Assembly: GCA_964016885.1 (NCBI GenBank)
Contig: OZ024745.1
Span: 93,434,001 to 93,498,000 of the forward strand
Source: Eledone cirrhosa
Lineage: Eukaryota
DNA length: 64,000 bases
Direction of reading: 5' to 3'
The position numbers were made by a program, and so were the translations under genes. The notes under the pieces are model-generated. The model searched no databases. It was not told the origin of the DNA and saw nothing but the letters and a program-made list of their open reading frames with translations. Below, piece after piece: positions 39,352 to 51,988 of the stretch (within the stretch, counting starts at the first letter, position 1; each line of letters begins with the position of its first letter).

Positions 39352-39435
39352 ACCCTCTGACGAAAGTCTTCTTCTCAATGGATTTCCGCATGGATTATCC
39401 AATTATTTTGAAACTTGAAACCGCGCGGTAAGGGT
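39352..39435 (+). ncRNA. Type I hammerhead ribozyme with extended stem II
   Basis: accct CTGACGA aagt...actt GAAA ccgcgcgg TA agggt. Confidence 0.85.
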
Positions 39436-39503
39436 AAATATAGTAGGTACAGTAAACTTTTTAAAATTTATTTTAAAACTTTTTCTCTATTTGCTAAACC
39501 TTG

Positions 39504-39539
<36 letters not shown>

Positions 39540-39540
<1 letters not shown>

Positions 39541-40370
39541 ATGATATTAATAAATGGAAATTATATTTATAAAACCATATTTATTCTATTATATATATTT
39601 CAAGGGTACCAAAACTTTGGTACGCACTCATCAGATAAAATACAAAGTTTGTTTTATAAATATTGACATATCCAGGAATGAGACCTTAACGGTTCAAGTT
39701 TTTCCTGGATAGTAAAAGGAAAAAGGGGAAGAGAGGAAAAAACAAATATTTCAAATTATTTAGATGAATATGCAAATGAGGTTGAGGCGTAGGGCTGAAA
39801 AAATCGTTATTTTAAGACGCTAGGTAGATTTAAATAATTATTAGGATATATATATGTATGTATAGGCAGAAGAAAGAGAAAGAAAGAAAAGCTTGTATTT
39901 ACGTGAATTTAAAAAGATTGAAACGTTAAGAATTAAGTTTGTTGGAGTGGTGGAATATGATTCCAGAATTTAAAAAAAATATTTAGCTAAATTATGAGTT
40001 ATACTATTATATATATAATCAATTAGATTATATGAAGAATTATGATTGTAAGTACATTTTATCTTGTTATATTGCAAGAGGTTGTAAGTATATAAATATC
40101 TATATAGATTAATAATTGTGCCAGTATAAGTAATATTGGTGATTTTATAGAAATAAACCACACGTATTAATTGTTTACATTTCTAATGAGTTACGAAGGA
40201 TGTTGATTTTACATATATATTTAAGAAAAAGACATAGAAAAGACAGAAAAATTATAAGAGATGAACAATTTTTAGATTCAAATATTTTCAGAACATTATT
40301 AATTTAGCGAAATTACATATAGTTTATCATACAAGTTATTATGTCTTGTATCAGATGAAAGAATGGTATT
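39540..40370 (-). mobile_element. PLE 3' UTR / pseudo-LTR remnant
   Basis: 39544-39670 closely resembles 61433-61576; shares ttacgaaggat with the 10713-11577 UTR; abuts (TA)n. Confidence 0.65.
39582..39642 (-). ncRNA. Type I hammerhead ribozyme
   Basis: Reverse complement: tattttat CTGATGA ..gtaccaa/ttggtac.. GAAA tatata TA atagaata. Confidence 0.85.
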
Positions 40371-40373
40371 TAA

Positions 40374-41500
40374 CTAATGTATTGGTACGCGATGGGGCCC
40401 ACCCACAGCCTCGGTGGACAGAATGGAGAAGGCGTTTCCCCGGAGGAAGGCAAGGGAAACGCGCTGGAAAAGCCACTCCAACTCGTAGGGCTCACACCTG
40501 TGGTTGGCCAGCTCAGCGCCTATGGTGGTGAGTAAGCCTGTGGAGGTAGCCCTGGGGCCGAGGACACCAGAAGTTTCCACTGCCAGGGGAGCGACCGGTA
40601 TTTGAGGAGTTTGGCCCCCTCAGCCCGACGTGCAGCAGAACCTCGGTCAGTCGCAGACTGCACCAGGTTGCGGCTGCAGAAAGTGTCGGTGCAAGTGGCA
40701 TCCCAGACGAGGGGTATGCCACCGCGGAACGGGAACATGTCATGCCATCTGGCCTTTTGCCGTCCCCTCGATCCAGCCCCACCGGCTCGAGCTGGGAAGG
40801 GAAGCCTGCAGCGTCCAAGCCATGCTTAATGACCTCGTTGAGGGCAGTATGGCGTGGAATGTGGTCGGCACTGTGGCGACAGGAAAGGGGGTGGAGGCCG
40901 AAAGAGTCCACTGTGGAACCGCAGCAACATTGGTGTGGCTGGCAGATCCGGAGGCCGAGCCTCAGGGAAACGCCGATTCGCAGGCTATGGTTGTCTAGCT
41001 GTGTGCCAGTAGAGAAGGAGGGCAGAGCATGGAGCCAGGCACCACTGTGGGGTTTGGAGCCCGCACGAAAACAAGCAAGGCGGTGCCGGTCGAGCTGGCG
41101 CGTGAGCCTGTCTGAGGCCAGGCTACACTGGATGGCATCCCAAGTGCGTTGGGGGGACTTGACGTTAACAGGGGAAGAAGGAGGAGGGACGTCTACTGGG
41201 CTAAGTCCCAGCCGGTCCCATGTCTCACAGGCGGCCTCACGTTCTCTGAACACAGAGGGTTCTGTTGTGTTTTGAAGAACCCTGCTGACGAGGACGCGGC
41301 ATGAGGTTACCGACGAAAGATACGCCGGCAAAGCTCGTGAGATCGGGGACCGGAGGCCTAGGCCGCCATACCTGACTGGTAAAGTGGCCTGTTGCCACCC
41401 TATGTCATCAAACTTGACGTCGCATATCCCTTCGGCTGCTGCTCGGATACAAGTATCGAGGTCAGCGAGGAGAGATGTCTGGGTGTAGCATGGAGCATGT
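40374..41500 (-). mobile_element. CRE-like non-LTR retrotransposon 3' half (post-RT region, zinc motif, REL endonuclease), frameshifted
   Basis: LPVRYGGLGL, SGAWL, CCCG..D..GLH..SC, RH..LN, RPDG, WDATC.D, E..KLLKY, ETSG..G, QRVSLAFLRGNA. Confidence 0.88.
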
Positions 41501-41550
41501 TTGCTCAGTTGTAAAGGAAAAGATAACTCCAATATTATTTGTTAAACTAT

Positions 41551-41892
41551 GGAAGCACATGACTTAGTGGTTAGAGCATTGGCCTTGCAATCGAAAGGTT
41601 GTGGGTTCAATTCTCAGACCGGGTGATGTGTTGTTTCCTTGAGCAAGACACTTTATTTCACATTGCTCCAGTTTACTCAGCTGTAGAAATGAGATGATAG
41701 GGACTGGGGTCCCTATCATTCCACTGCAAAGTGGTCGTGGAGGTGCCATGGCAAAAAAGCACCCAGCACTCACTGTAAATGAGGTTGGTGTTAGGAAGGG
41801 CATCCAGCTGTAGAAATCAAGCCAGAATCAGTTCCCATCCCACCCTTGCAAGCAGGGAAAAGCGGACGTAAAATGAAATGAAATGAAAAATG
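41551..41892 (+). mobile_element. Full-length family A SINE with RTE-derived tail
   Basis: A and B boxes; TSD aaactat at 41544-41550 and 41893-41899; tail cccacccttgcaagcagggaaaagcggacgtaaaatg. Confidence 0.88.
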
Positions 41893-42174
41893 AAACTATT
41901 AAAATTAGATTTGATTAATAATTTTTTAAGAAAATGCAGAAAGTATGTAGAGAAAATTATATATTATTTTGTGTGAGATTATAAGGTATTTTATATTACA
42001 TGTTTTAAAGGATGAGAATTTCAATTATATATGTATTATCTACGTCGAAAGATGTGTGAAAAGTTTGAAGATTAAAGAGAGGAAAAATGTATTATTAGTC
42101 AAGAGTGCATTTAGAAGAATTATCGTGTGTGTGTGTGTACACACACACACACGCGCACGCGCGCGCAAACAAAC

Positions 42175-42857
42175 AACTTCTGCCAAGACCAGAAGATCAA
42201 CTCCCAGAACAACAGGTGGCTCGCTGTCTCATCCAAAGACGTGCCCAGAATCAAGCAGACAAAGTTTCCAGTGACAACATTGGTCTTAGGTGTCGTCAGC
42301 AGTCAAGGTGACGTCATGCCACCTCACTTCATCCCTGAGGGTCTCAAGCTGAACACCGATGGCTACATCCGCGTTCTGAGCGAGGTAGTAAAGCCCTGGA
42401 TCGACCAGGTAACTGCAGGTAGGTCGTACATTTGGCAGCAAGACTCAGTGCCCTGCCATACCAGCTGAAAGACCCAAGCCTAGCTGTCAGAGAACTTAGT
42501 CAACCACACTTCACCTGACATCTGATCTCCCAGCTCGCCTGACTGCAACACCCTCAACTTCTTTGTGTGGGGCGCAGTGGAACGAGAGACCAACAGATCT
42601 AGGTGCAATACGAAAGACGATCTGAAGGCCAGGATCACAAGTGCCTTTAAGGGGACAGTGACGAAGGCTTGTAGCCGGTTCCGAGGCCACCTTGAGGCCA
42701 TCATCAAAGCCAATGGCGGGTTTATCGAGTGAGATCGAAAGAACAAGTCATGAAGACAAACTGACCCAAGTTTGATAAATATATCTTAAAAAATAAAACT
42801 ACTGTGTTATTTTTTTCCTAGACAGTAATCTTGCGAACAAATATTGTCCGCACCCTG
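42175..42857 (+). mobile_element. Tc1/mariner superfamily, DD37D (maT-like) transposase pseudogene, 3' half
   Basis: NSQNNRW, QQDSVPCH, SPDCNTLN(D) with 37 residues between catalytic positions; three stops; end ...gcaccctg-TA. Confidence 0.82.
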
Positions 42858-42975
42858 TATGTATATGTATATACACATATAAATATATATTTATATATAC
42901 ACACATGCATGCATATATACATACACATACCTGTACACCTACAGACATACATATACATCTACACACACATAGGGT

Positions 42976-43440
42976 TCATCATCATCGTTTAACGTCCATT
43001 TTTCACGCTAGCATGGGTTAGACGGTTTTGTTCCATTTTATGCAGGAATGTCTCGCTCTCACGGAAGCGTCTCTGGCAGGTTTCTTTTTACAGCTGGATG
43101 CCCTTCCTAACACCAACCACATTTACAGTGTGGACTGGGAGCCTTTTCACCGTGTCTCCTACATGGCCACCTTACAGTGTGGACTGTTGTGTCATTGACA
43201 CAGTGGATGAAACGAGAGAGGGAATATGGGATAGGGTGTGGCAGTGGAGTGTACATTGAGTTAAGAGGTGCCTACTGACTGTAGGTTTGTATGCAATGGT
43301 AGTTGGGTCTTTGGTACAACTGCATGGCGCCAAAGGTCTCGATCCAGTGTCATTGTCTTAGAGAGGTGTAGGTGGGCAGGGTCAATTTTTATCACCTTGT
43401 CCCAGGTTTTTCTTGGTCTACCCACTCCACCCATAGCTTT
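42976..43440 (-). mobile_element. RTE LINE 3' end with UTR and (ATG)n tail
   Basis: GRPRKTW...DRDLWR; UTR homologous to 53775-54060. Confidence 0.85.
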
Positions 43441-43878
43441 CATTTGGATATTTTTCGTAAGACAATGAACTAATTAAGAACCTATCTTCTTTTGTTTTAT
43501 TTTCATTGTTCAAAACACACACACAAGCGCACAGGCACGCGCGCGCACACACATACACACACGCACGCACGCATACATACACACACACACACGCATACAT
43601 GCACGCACATGCACACACACACACACATACACACACATGCACACACACGCATACACACATGCTTACATAGTCGCTGAGTGGTTAGAAAATTAGATTCGCA
43701 ATCGTGAGTTTGTAAGTTCGATTCCCGGAAGTTGCGATGCATCATGTCCTTTATTTCACGTTGCTCCTTCTACCTGGAGTTGCAACCGATAGATATTATT
43801 AGCAATTGGAAAGACCAATGGAAACATCGTTTCTTAGGTCCGATTTAACGAAAGTCAATTGTTCCTTTTATACATACA

Positions 43879-44879
43879 CTAGCATTAAAGCCCAGCATTG
43901 CTCGGGGTCAGTAAGTTACCAAAGTTAGGTTGCACCACCCATTTTATGGCAGCACTTTTTTGTCTGCCAGGCACTGGGTGAATGAATTGCAGACCTGGAC
44001 TGCCGAAGCAGGAGCTACAATTGTAGTTTCGCCTATGGATATTATCTCAGTGCAAAGAAGTGTTGAAATTTATTGTTTCACAGTACTTGTGCAACACGCG
44101 CGTAGACGATGCCAGCCGAACAACAGAGCTGCGATGGAGTTGTTCTGCATGGTTGTCTGTGTGTTTTCTAAATTTAAGACAGTAGAGAGTGGTGTGATAT
44201 GGGGGAGAGTTAGCTGCAGTTTCTAGCAGGTTTAGTGACCTCATAGAGGATATGTTTTCTAAATTTAAGACAGTAGGGAGGGGTGTGATATGGGGGAGAG
44301 TTAGCTGCTGTTTCTAGCAGGTTTAGTGACCTCATAGAGGATATTATTGTGTATAGTAAATAAACTGATACTTCTTTCTTCCACGTTTGTTGAGAGGTTT
44401 TAAAAAGATTTATCGCTATTTTTTTGTTGTTGAATAAATTTATCTGTTGCTTTTGAATAATTGTTGTTTTGTATGAAATGTAATAAGTTCTCTTTGTCAT
44501 CGAAGTAAATAAATGTTTGACCGTTCCACACTCAAAAACAAACGTTTTCTCTCTCCCTCTCACTCTCTTCTCTCTCTCTTCGGCGTTCCTAAAGGAAGTT
44601 TGTAAGCATGTATGTAGTTTTATCGAATTTTAAGGGGAGTAGAGAGAGAGTAATTCAGATTGTATTAGAGGGGTAAAGTGTCATGTATTTAGTTTTATCG
44701 ATTATTTCCGTAATTGTGGGTGAGTTTGAATGAAATAAATAGTCGTTGACCTAAGTTAGACCATTTACAACATTCTTACAGACGTTGAGTCGAATCGGTT
44801 TGAAATTGTGCAAATGTATAAACATGGAACATGCACACACACACAACAACAACAACAATCTGCCTTTTATAGATAATGA
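43879..44879 (-). mobile_element. Non-autonomous Helitron with internal about 90-bp tandem duplication
   Basis: Minus strand 5' A/TCATTATCTATAAAAGG; 3' hairpin cccgagcaatgctggg then CTAG/T; duplication near 44163-44343. Confidence 0.75.
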
Positions 44880-44945
44880 TATATGATATATACATATATA
44901 TATATATATATATACACATACATACATATATACACGCACACACAA

Positions 44946-46295
44946 ATTAGATGAGATGCAATTTGGTTTTGTGCCCCAGAAAAGTACAACAGATGCCCTC
45001 TTCTTGGTGAGACAATTACAAGAGAGGTTCCTAGAGAAGAATAAGCCACTATACTTAGCTTTTGTTGACCTAGAGAAGGCCTTTGATAGGGTACCCCAAT
45101 CTGTCATCTGGTGGTCCCTAAGTAAACTAGGTGTAGATGAATGGCTTGTGAGGACAGTGCAAGCTATGTACAGAGTTGCTGTCAGTAAGGTGAGAGTAGG
45201 AATGGAGTTTAGTGAGGAATTCCAGATACAAATAGGTGTACATCAGGGTTCGGTCCTCAGTCCGCCTTTGTTCATTATAGTCCTCCAAGCCATAACAGAG
45301 GAGTTTAAGACTGCCAATGGGAACTTCTCTATGCTGATGGTCTGCTTCTTATAGCAGAATCAATAGAGAAGCTAGAGAATAAATTCTGGCCTTGGAAACA
45401 GCAGTTGGAATCAAGAGGACTGAGAGTGAACATAACTAAGACAAAAGTGTTGATAAGTAGAAGAGAGGACAAAACTCTGACTCCAAAACTCTGATTCGGC
45501 CATGTTTGATATGTAGAAAAGGAACTGGCATAAATTCTATAAAATGTACGCAGTGCAAATCTTGGGTACACAAGAGATGTAGTGGGATAGCAGGCAAACT
45601 AACAGGTAGGGAAAACTACGTATGCAGTAGATGTACAGGGAAAGTTGGCAGTAGTAATCGCAGTGATAGACACATTTTTCAAATGAGGTGGTTTCTATAG
45701 AAGTGGTTGATAGCTTCCGGTACCTAGGTGATCAGATTAGCATTTGTTCTGAGGCCATAGTATCTAGAATAAGGACGGGTTGGAAGAAGTTTAGGAAGCT
45801 GCTTCCTCTGTTGACAAAGAAGGGTTTCTCCCTGCATACGAAAGGCTGGTTATATGATGCCCGTGTGAGATGCACAATGCTGCATGGTAGTGAGACATGG
45901 GCAGCAACTGCAGAGGATATGCGACGGCTGGAGAGAAATTAAGCAAGCATTCTCTGTTGGATGTGCAATGTCAATGTGCGTGAATGACCAAGTATAGATG
46001 AGTTGAGAGAGAAACTGGGTATAAGAAGGATAAGTTGTGGTGTGCAGGAGAGGACACTGAGATGGTATGGACATGTGATGCACATGGAGGATGACCGCTG
46101 GGTAAAGAAGTGCCAAGAAATCCCAGTAGAAGGAAGACGCAGTAGAGGTAGACCACGGAAAACATGGGCGGAGGTGGTGAGAGCAGACCTCAGATTGCTG
46201 ATAGTCACAGTGACAAGTGAAGAGATGCTGTGCTGAATAGGACCTGTCCCACCCTTGCAAGCAGGAAAAAGTGGACGTAAAATGTGATGATGATG

Positions 46296-46296
<1 letters not shown>
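44946..46296 (+). mobile_element. 5'-truncated RTE LINE (RT, Cys/His finger, 3' end), frameshifted
   Basis: [46 protein letters not shown]; (GAT)n tail. Confidence 0.92.
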
Positions 46297-46384
<88 letters not shown>

Positions 46385-46438
46385 CTATAGAAATGGCTGG
46401 AGCTCAGCCATCAGGATCCTGAATCTTTTCATATATAC

Positions 46439-46484
<46 letters not shown>

Positions 46485-47384
46485 GAAAATATGTAAATGT
46501 GGTTGGTGTTAGGAAGGGCATCCAATTGTAAAAAACCTGCCAGAAACACTTCCATATGAGCGAGACATGGTCTCCCGACCATTCCCGCATCAAATTGAAC
46601 AAAACCGTCTAACTCATGCTAGCGTGGAAGATGGACGTTAAATGATGACGATGATGATATAAATATATGTAAATGATTCTGTAACTTTGATGAAACCTTA
46701 TGTGATGAAAATATTTACAGCTTGTTTTAGAATCAACAACAAAAGATTTTAATAATTAAAAATGAGTAAAGTAGAATGAAAATAACTTACCGTTGAGATT
46801 TTCAGTAAGGATCAAATTTCAAATTACCTAATGTTAATTTGAAAATTCATCATCATTATTTACCATGTTTTCCTTGCTTGCAAAGGTTGGCCAAAATGAA
46901 TAATGTAGACACCTAATACATATATTGAAGTGAATGATTTGTGTAATTCTTTAACCCTCAGAATATTATTATTTATGTATGTTTTTTTATATTCCATAAA
47001 AGATGCACCATGGCTATGAGGTTAAGATGCTGGACTGCCAATCACATGTTTATAAGAGCAACTTTTCCTACTGGAACCATTGTATTATGCCCTTGTGCAA
47101 GATACAAGGTGACTCTTTCCATGTTACCAGACTGGTAAAATCATCAAGGTGGGGTATCAAGCTGTAAAACCATCCCACCTATAGAAAAAGGAAAGAAGCC
47201 ATTTATCAGATTAGACCATGGAAACAATATTTTCATTGATCTTTCTATTCCTGGAATTATCTGGTTGTCACAGCTCCTGCCAGAAAACTAAAGAAAGAAC
47301 TATAAACAGCCCGACCTAAAATAAATGTTGTGTGTATCATTTTATTTTTTATAATTTTACTGAAACTAAATTTCTATTTTACAG

Positions 47385-47545
47385 ATACTGCCTTTACAAC
47401 AATTTATTTGAACGAACCTGGTAATCCTCAACTTGTTTTAGTTGATCAGGATTATTTTAAAGTAAAAAAAAATTCTATTTGTGCATCAAATGCACCATGT
47501 CAATATTTTGATTTGATTCTTCTAAAAAAGCTTGACAGAGAAAAG
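47385..47545 (+). CDS. Cadherin-family gene, third coding exon
   Basis: tttctattttacag acceptor, aag/gtatgt donor, phase 1-0; TAFTTIYLNEPGNPQLVLVDQDYFKV...FDLILLKKLDREK with the LDRE calcium-binding motif. Confidence 0.82.
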
Positions 47546-47602
47546 GTATGTACCAAAGCTTCTTTTTGAAATAATTCTTACTAGCTGATATTATTAAGTA
47601 GA

Positions 47603-48013
47603 TGGTGGATGGCAGTATCGGTAGAGGGATTGGCAGTATTGGTAGAGGGTTGGACATCATGCTTTGAAGCATAGAGTTACCTTCCTGTATGATCTGAGTT
47701 CAAATCCCGCTGAGGTTAACTTTGCCTTTCATCCTTACAGGGTCAATAAAATAAAGTACCAGTAATGTACTGGGGTTAATTGCTGGCCTTGTGCCAAAAG
47801 TAGAAACAATTATAATTAATAAGCAAGTATGGTGGATTGGCATTATCGGTAGAGTCGGATGCTATGCTTTGCAGCATAGAGTTACGGCCCTTGTCATTCT
47901 GAGTTCAAATCCTGCCATGGTTAACATTGCCTTCATCCTTACGGGGTCGATAAAATAAAGTACCAGTAATGCACTGGGTAATTGCTGGCCTTGTACCAAA
48001 AGTAGAAACAATT
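47603..48013 (+). mobile_element. Two tandem family B SINEs
   Basis: A box ggtggattggc, B box and core present twice. Confidence 0.85.
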
Positions 48014-49474
48014 AAGTAAAGAAAACAAGATATATTTTTGATAGGACATTTTTCATCTATCTGTCTATGTATATAATATTTTACAAGTTGTTACTGAGTT
48101 ATCAAAGAGACATAAGATGATAAAAGAGGTTATTTATATCATAGAGGCTGGAAATGTGCATAGTAGCTTCATAGTTGGTAAAATCAGAAAAGTTGCCTAT
48201 TTTGGAAACAGATTTTCTGTACAGAAAAAAATCATTCCAAGGTTTATTGAGAATATAGGCCAACTTGAGAGCAGACTGTTTTAGAGTGATGGTAGTCCAA
48301 CGTATTGCAACTTGGTGATGAGGTGGGAAAGAAAAAAAATTGGGTTGTGCAAAACTTTACCATTTTAGTTAAAGAGTGTTAGATAAAAAGAGTCTACAAA
48401 GAACATATTCATTTACAATAAACTAGAAATTTGTAGATTATGGTGAAATCATCAATGGAAAGCATGTGTCAACATTTTGGATTTTTCTTCAGTTGAGTTT
48501 TATTTTGAATGTCTATAGCAACAGCACAAACTTCATTAAAAGCATGTAAGTGATAGGAAGGTGGTTTAAAACTGAGAAGCATCTTGCGTTTACTGCCACA
48601 TCAAAAGTAGGGGAGCAGTGTGTGTTTATCATGATACCAGATCAAAAGAGTTTTTGAAAGACTTAGAACATTCTCTGTCTTGGGCAGGTATTTTTCCATT
48701 TCAGAATAATAGAACTCCTAGGTGTTCTGCTTTACTGTAACTGCAGAGGTTATATCTTTCTTGAAGTGAACAAAGATATAGATAATACAGGCGGGAATAG
48801 AAGAATAGAGAAGGAAAAAAGAGAAATAAGAAGTGTTAAAAGGATGTAAAATTCAGGTAGATTTGAAAATTAGACAATATTTCCTCAAAGATAGATGTAA
48901 CAATTCCCAACAAAAAAGAAAATGAAGGTGTGAAAGAGGAGCAGGTTTTAAAACAAACATAACCATGTATACTCATGTATAAGCTGAGAAATATGCAACA
49001 AAAAAATTTATGATAAAATTGGTGGTGTGGAGTTGCCGATTTTCACCAAGTACTTAAAAAATGGCACTAAAATATCTGGATACTTCTGGTAATTTTTGTG
49101 AGTGAAAATGGTATTTAAAAAAATGTCATCATTCTTGTAATGCATACATTCGGAAAATCTATCTGAAAAACATGCAATTTTACAGATGTTGTGAAGAAAC
49201 AAATTGTGTATGGGGGAAGCAGTACACTGTAATTATACATATATATACTGTATATACTCAATTATAAGCTGATCTGAATATAAGCTGACACCCTATTTCA
49301 TGTTTGAGAAATAGGCAAAAATTCACATTATGTTTAGATGATGTGGTTTTGAAATTCTCTAGAGTATAGTTTTTGTTTCACAACCCCATTGTGTAATGAT
49401 TTTTTACCAATTTCCAACGATTTTGAAGGCCATAGTTATTGAAAACATATTAAAAACTAGATGAAATACGAATT

Positions 49475-51760
49475 GAAGCCAGTATATTATTCACATCCAA
49501 AGTGAAACCAGTGTAACATTCACTTCCAAAGTGAAACCGGTGTAATATTCACCTCCAAAGTGAAACCGGTGTAATATTCACCTCCAAAGTGAAACCGGGG
49601 TAACATTCACTTCTAAAGTGAAACCGGTGTAATATTCACTTCCAAAGTGAAACTGGTGTAATATTCACCTCCAAAGTGAAACTGGCGTAATATTCACCTC
49701 CAAAGTGAAACTGGCGTAATATTCACCTCCAAAGTGAAACCGGCGTAATATTCACCTCCAAAGTGAAACTGGCGTAATATTCACCTCCAAAGTGAAACTG
49801 GCGTAATATTCACCTCCAAAGTGAAACTGGCGTAATATTCACCTCCAAAGTGAAACCGGCGTAATATTCACCTCCAAAGTGAAACTGGCGTAATATTCAC
49901 CTCCAAAGTGAAACCGGTGCAATATTCACCTCCAAAGTGAAACCGGTGTAATATTCACCTCCAAAGTGAAACTGGCGTAATATTCACCTCCAAAGTGAAA
50001 CTGGCGTAATATTCACCTCCAAAGTGAAACTGGCGTAATATTCACCTCCAAAGTGAAACTGGCGTAATATTCACCTCCAAAGTGAAACTGGCGTAATATT
50101 CACCTCCAAAGTGAAACTGGCGTAATATTCACCTCCAAAGTGAAACTGGCGTAATATTCACCTCCAAAGTGAAACCGGTGCAATATTCACCTCCAAAGTG
50201 AAACCGGTGTAATATTCACCTCCAAAGTGAAACCGGTGCAATATTCACCTCCAAAGTGAAACCGGTGCAATATTCACCTCCAAAGTGAAACCGGTGTAAT
50301 ATTCACCTCCAAAGTGAAACTGGCGTAATATTCACCTCCAAAGTGAAACTGGCGTAATATTCACCTCCAAAGTGAAACTGGCGTAATATTCACCTCCAAA
50401 GTGAAACTGGCGTAATATTCACCTCCAAAGTGAAACCGGTGTAATATTCACCTCCAAAGTGAAACCGGTGCAATATTCACCTCCAAAGTGAAACCGGTGC
50501 AATATTCACCTCCAAAGTGAAACCGGTGCAATATTCACCTCCAAAGTGAAACCGGTGTAATATTCACCTCCAAAGTGAAACCGGTGTAATATTCACCTCC
50601 AAAGTGAAACCGGTGTAATATTCACTTCCAAAGTGAAACCGGTGTAATATTCACCTCCAAAGTGAAACTGGCGTAATATTCACCTCCAAAGTGAAACTGG
50701 CGTAATATTCACCTCCAAAGTGAAACCGGCGTAATATTCACCTCCAGAGTGAAACCGGCGTAATATTCACCTCCAAAGTGAAACTGGCGTAATATTCACC
50801 TCCAAAGTGAAACTGGCGTAATATTCACCTCCAAAGTGAAACTGGCGTAATATTCACCTCCAAAGTGAAACTGGCGTAATATTCACCTCCAAAGTGAAAC
50901 CGGTGTAATATTCACCTCCAAAGTGAAACCGGCGTAATATTCACCTCCAAAGTGAAACCGGCGTAATATTCACCTCCAAAGTGAAACCGGTGCAATATTC
51001 ACCTCCAAAGTGAAACCGGTGCAATATTCACCTCCAAAGTGAAACCGGCGTAATATTCACCTCCAAAGTGAGATTGGCGTAATATTCACCTCCAAAGTGA
51101 AACCGGTGTAATATTCACCTCCAAAGTGAAACTGGCGTAATATTCACCTCCAAAGTGAAACTGGTGTAATATTCACCTCCAAAGTGAAACTGGCGTAATA
51201 TTCACCTCCAAAGTGAAACCGGTGTAATATTCACCTCCAAAGTGAAACCTGTGTAATATTCACCTCCAAAGTGAAACCTGTGTAATATTCACCTCCAAAG
51301 TGAAACTGGCGTAATATTCACCTCCAAAGTGAAACCGGTGCAATATTCACTTCCAAAGTGAAACCGGTGCAATATTCACCTCCAAAGTGAAACTGGTGCA
51401 ATATTCACCTCCAAAGTGAAACCGGCGTAATATTCACCTCCAAAGTGAGATTGGCGTAATATTCACCTCCAAAGTGAAACCGGTGTAATATTCACCTCCA
51501 AAGTGAAACTGGTGTAATATTCACCTCCAAAGTGAAACTGGTGTAATATTCACCTCCAAAGTGAAACTGGTGTAATATTCACCTCCAAAGTGAAACCGGT
51601 GTAATATTCACCTCCAAAGTGAAACCGGCGTAATATTCACCTCCAAAGTGAAACTGCCGTAATATTCACCTCCAAAGTGAAACTGCCGTAATATTCACCT
51701 CCAAAGTGAAACTGGCGTAATATTCACCTCCAAAGTGAAACCGGTGTAATATTCACCTCC
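49475..51760. repeat. 29-bp tandem satellite, about 78 units
   Basis: Unit aaagtgaaacYggYgYaatattcacctcc repeated head to tail with no spacers. Confidence 0.97.
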
Positions 51761-51988
51761 TTACTGAAAATCAGTAAAATATTGACTCCAAATAAAAACC
51801 AACTTTACATATTTCTTGGCTCATATCATGTCCGTTGTTACAATAAATATAAAAACTTACAAACATACTTTTATAAATATACTGAAACATTGACACAGAC
51901 ACATACATGCACACACAGAAATTTACAATTATGCATAGACAGTAAAATACACTCATATAATCACATAAATGAAAACAGACTATATATA

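Noticed and set aside
41551-41630. tRNA genes at SINE heads
   Set aside because: A and B boxes continue into SINE cores and tails; no complete cloverleaf
49475-51760. CRISPR-like array of 29-bp partially palindromic repeats
   Set aside because: Units are contiguous with no unique spacers, no cas genes are present, and the context is eukaryotic
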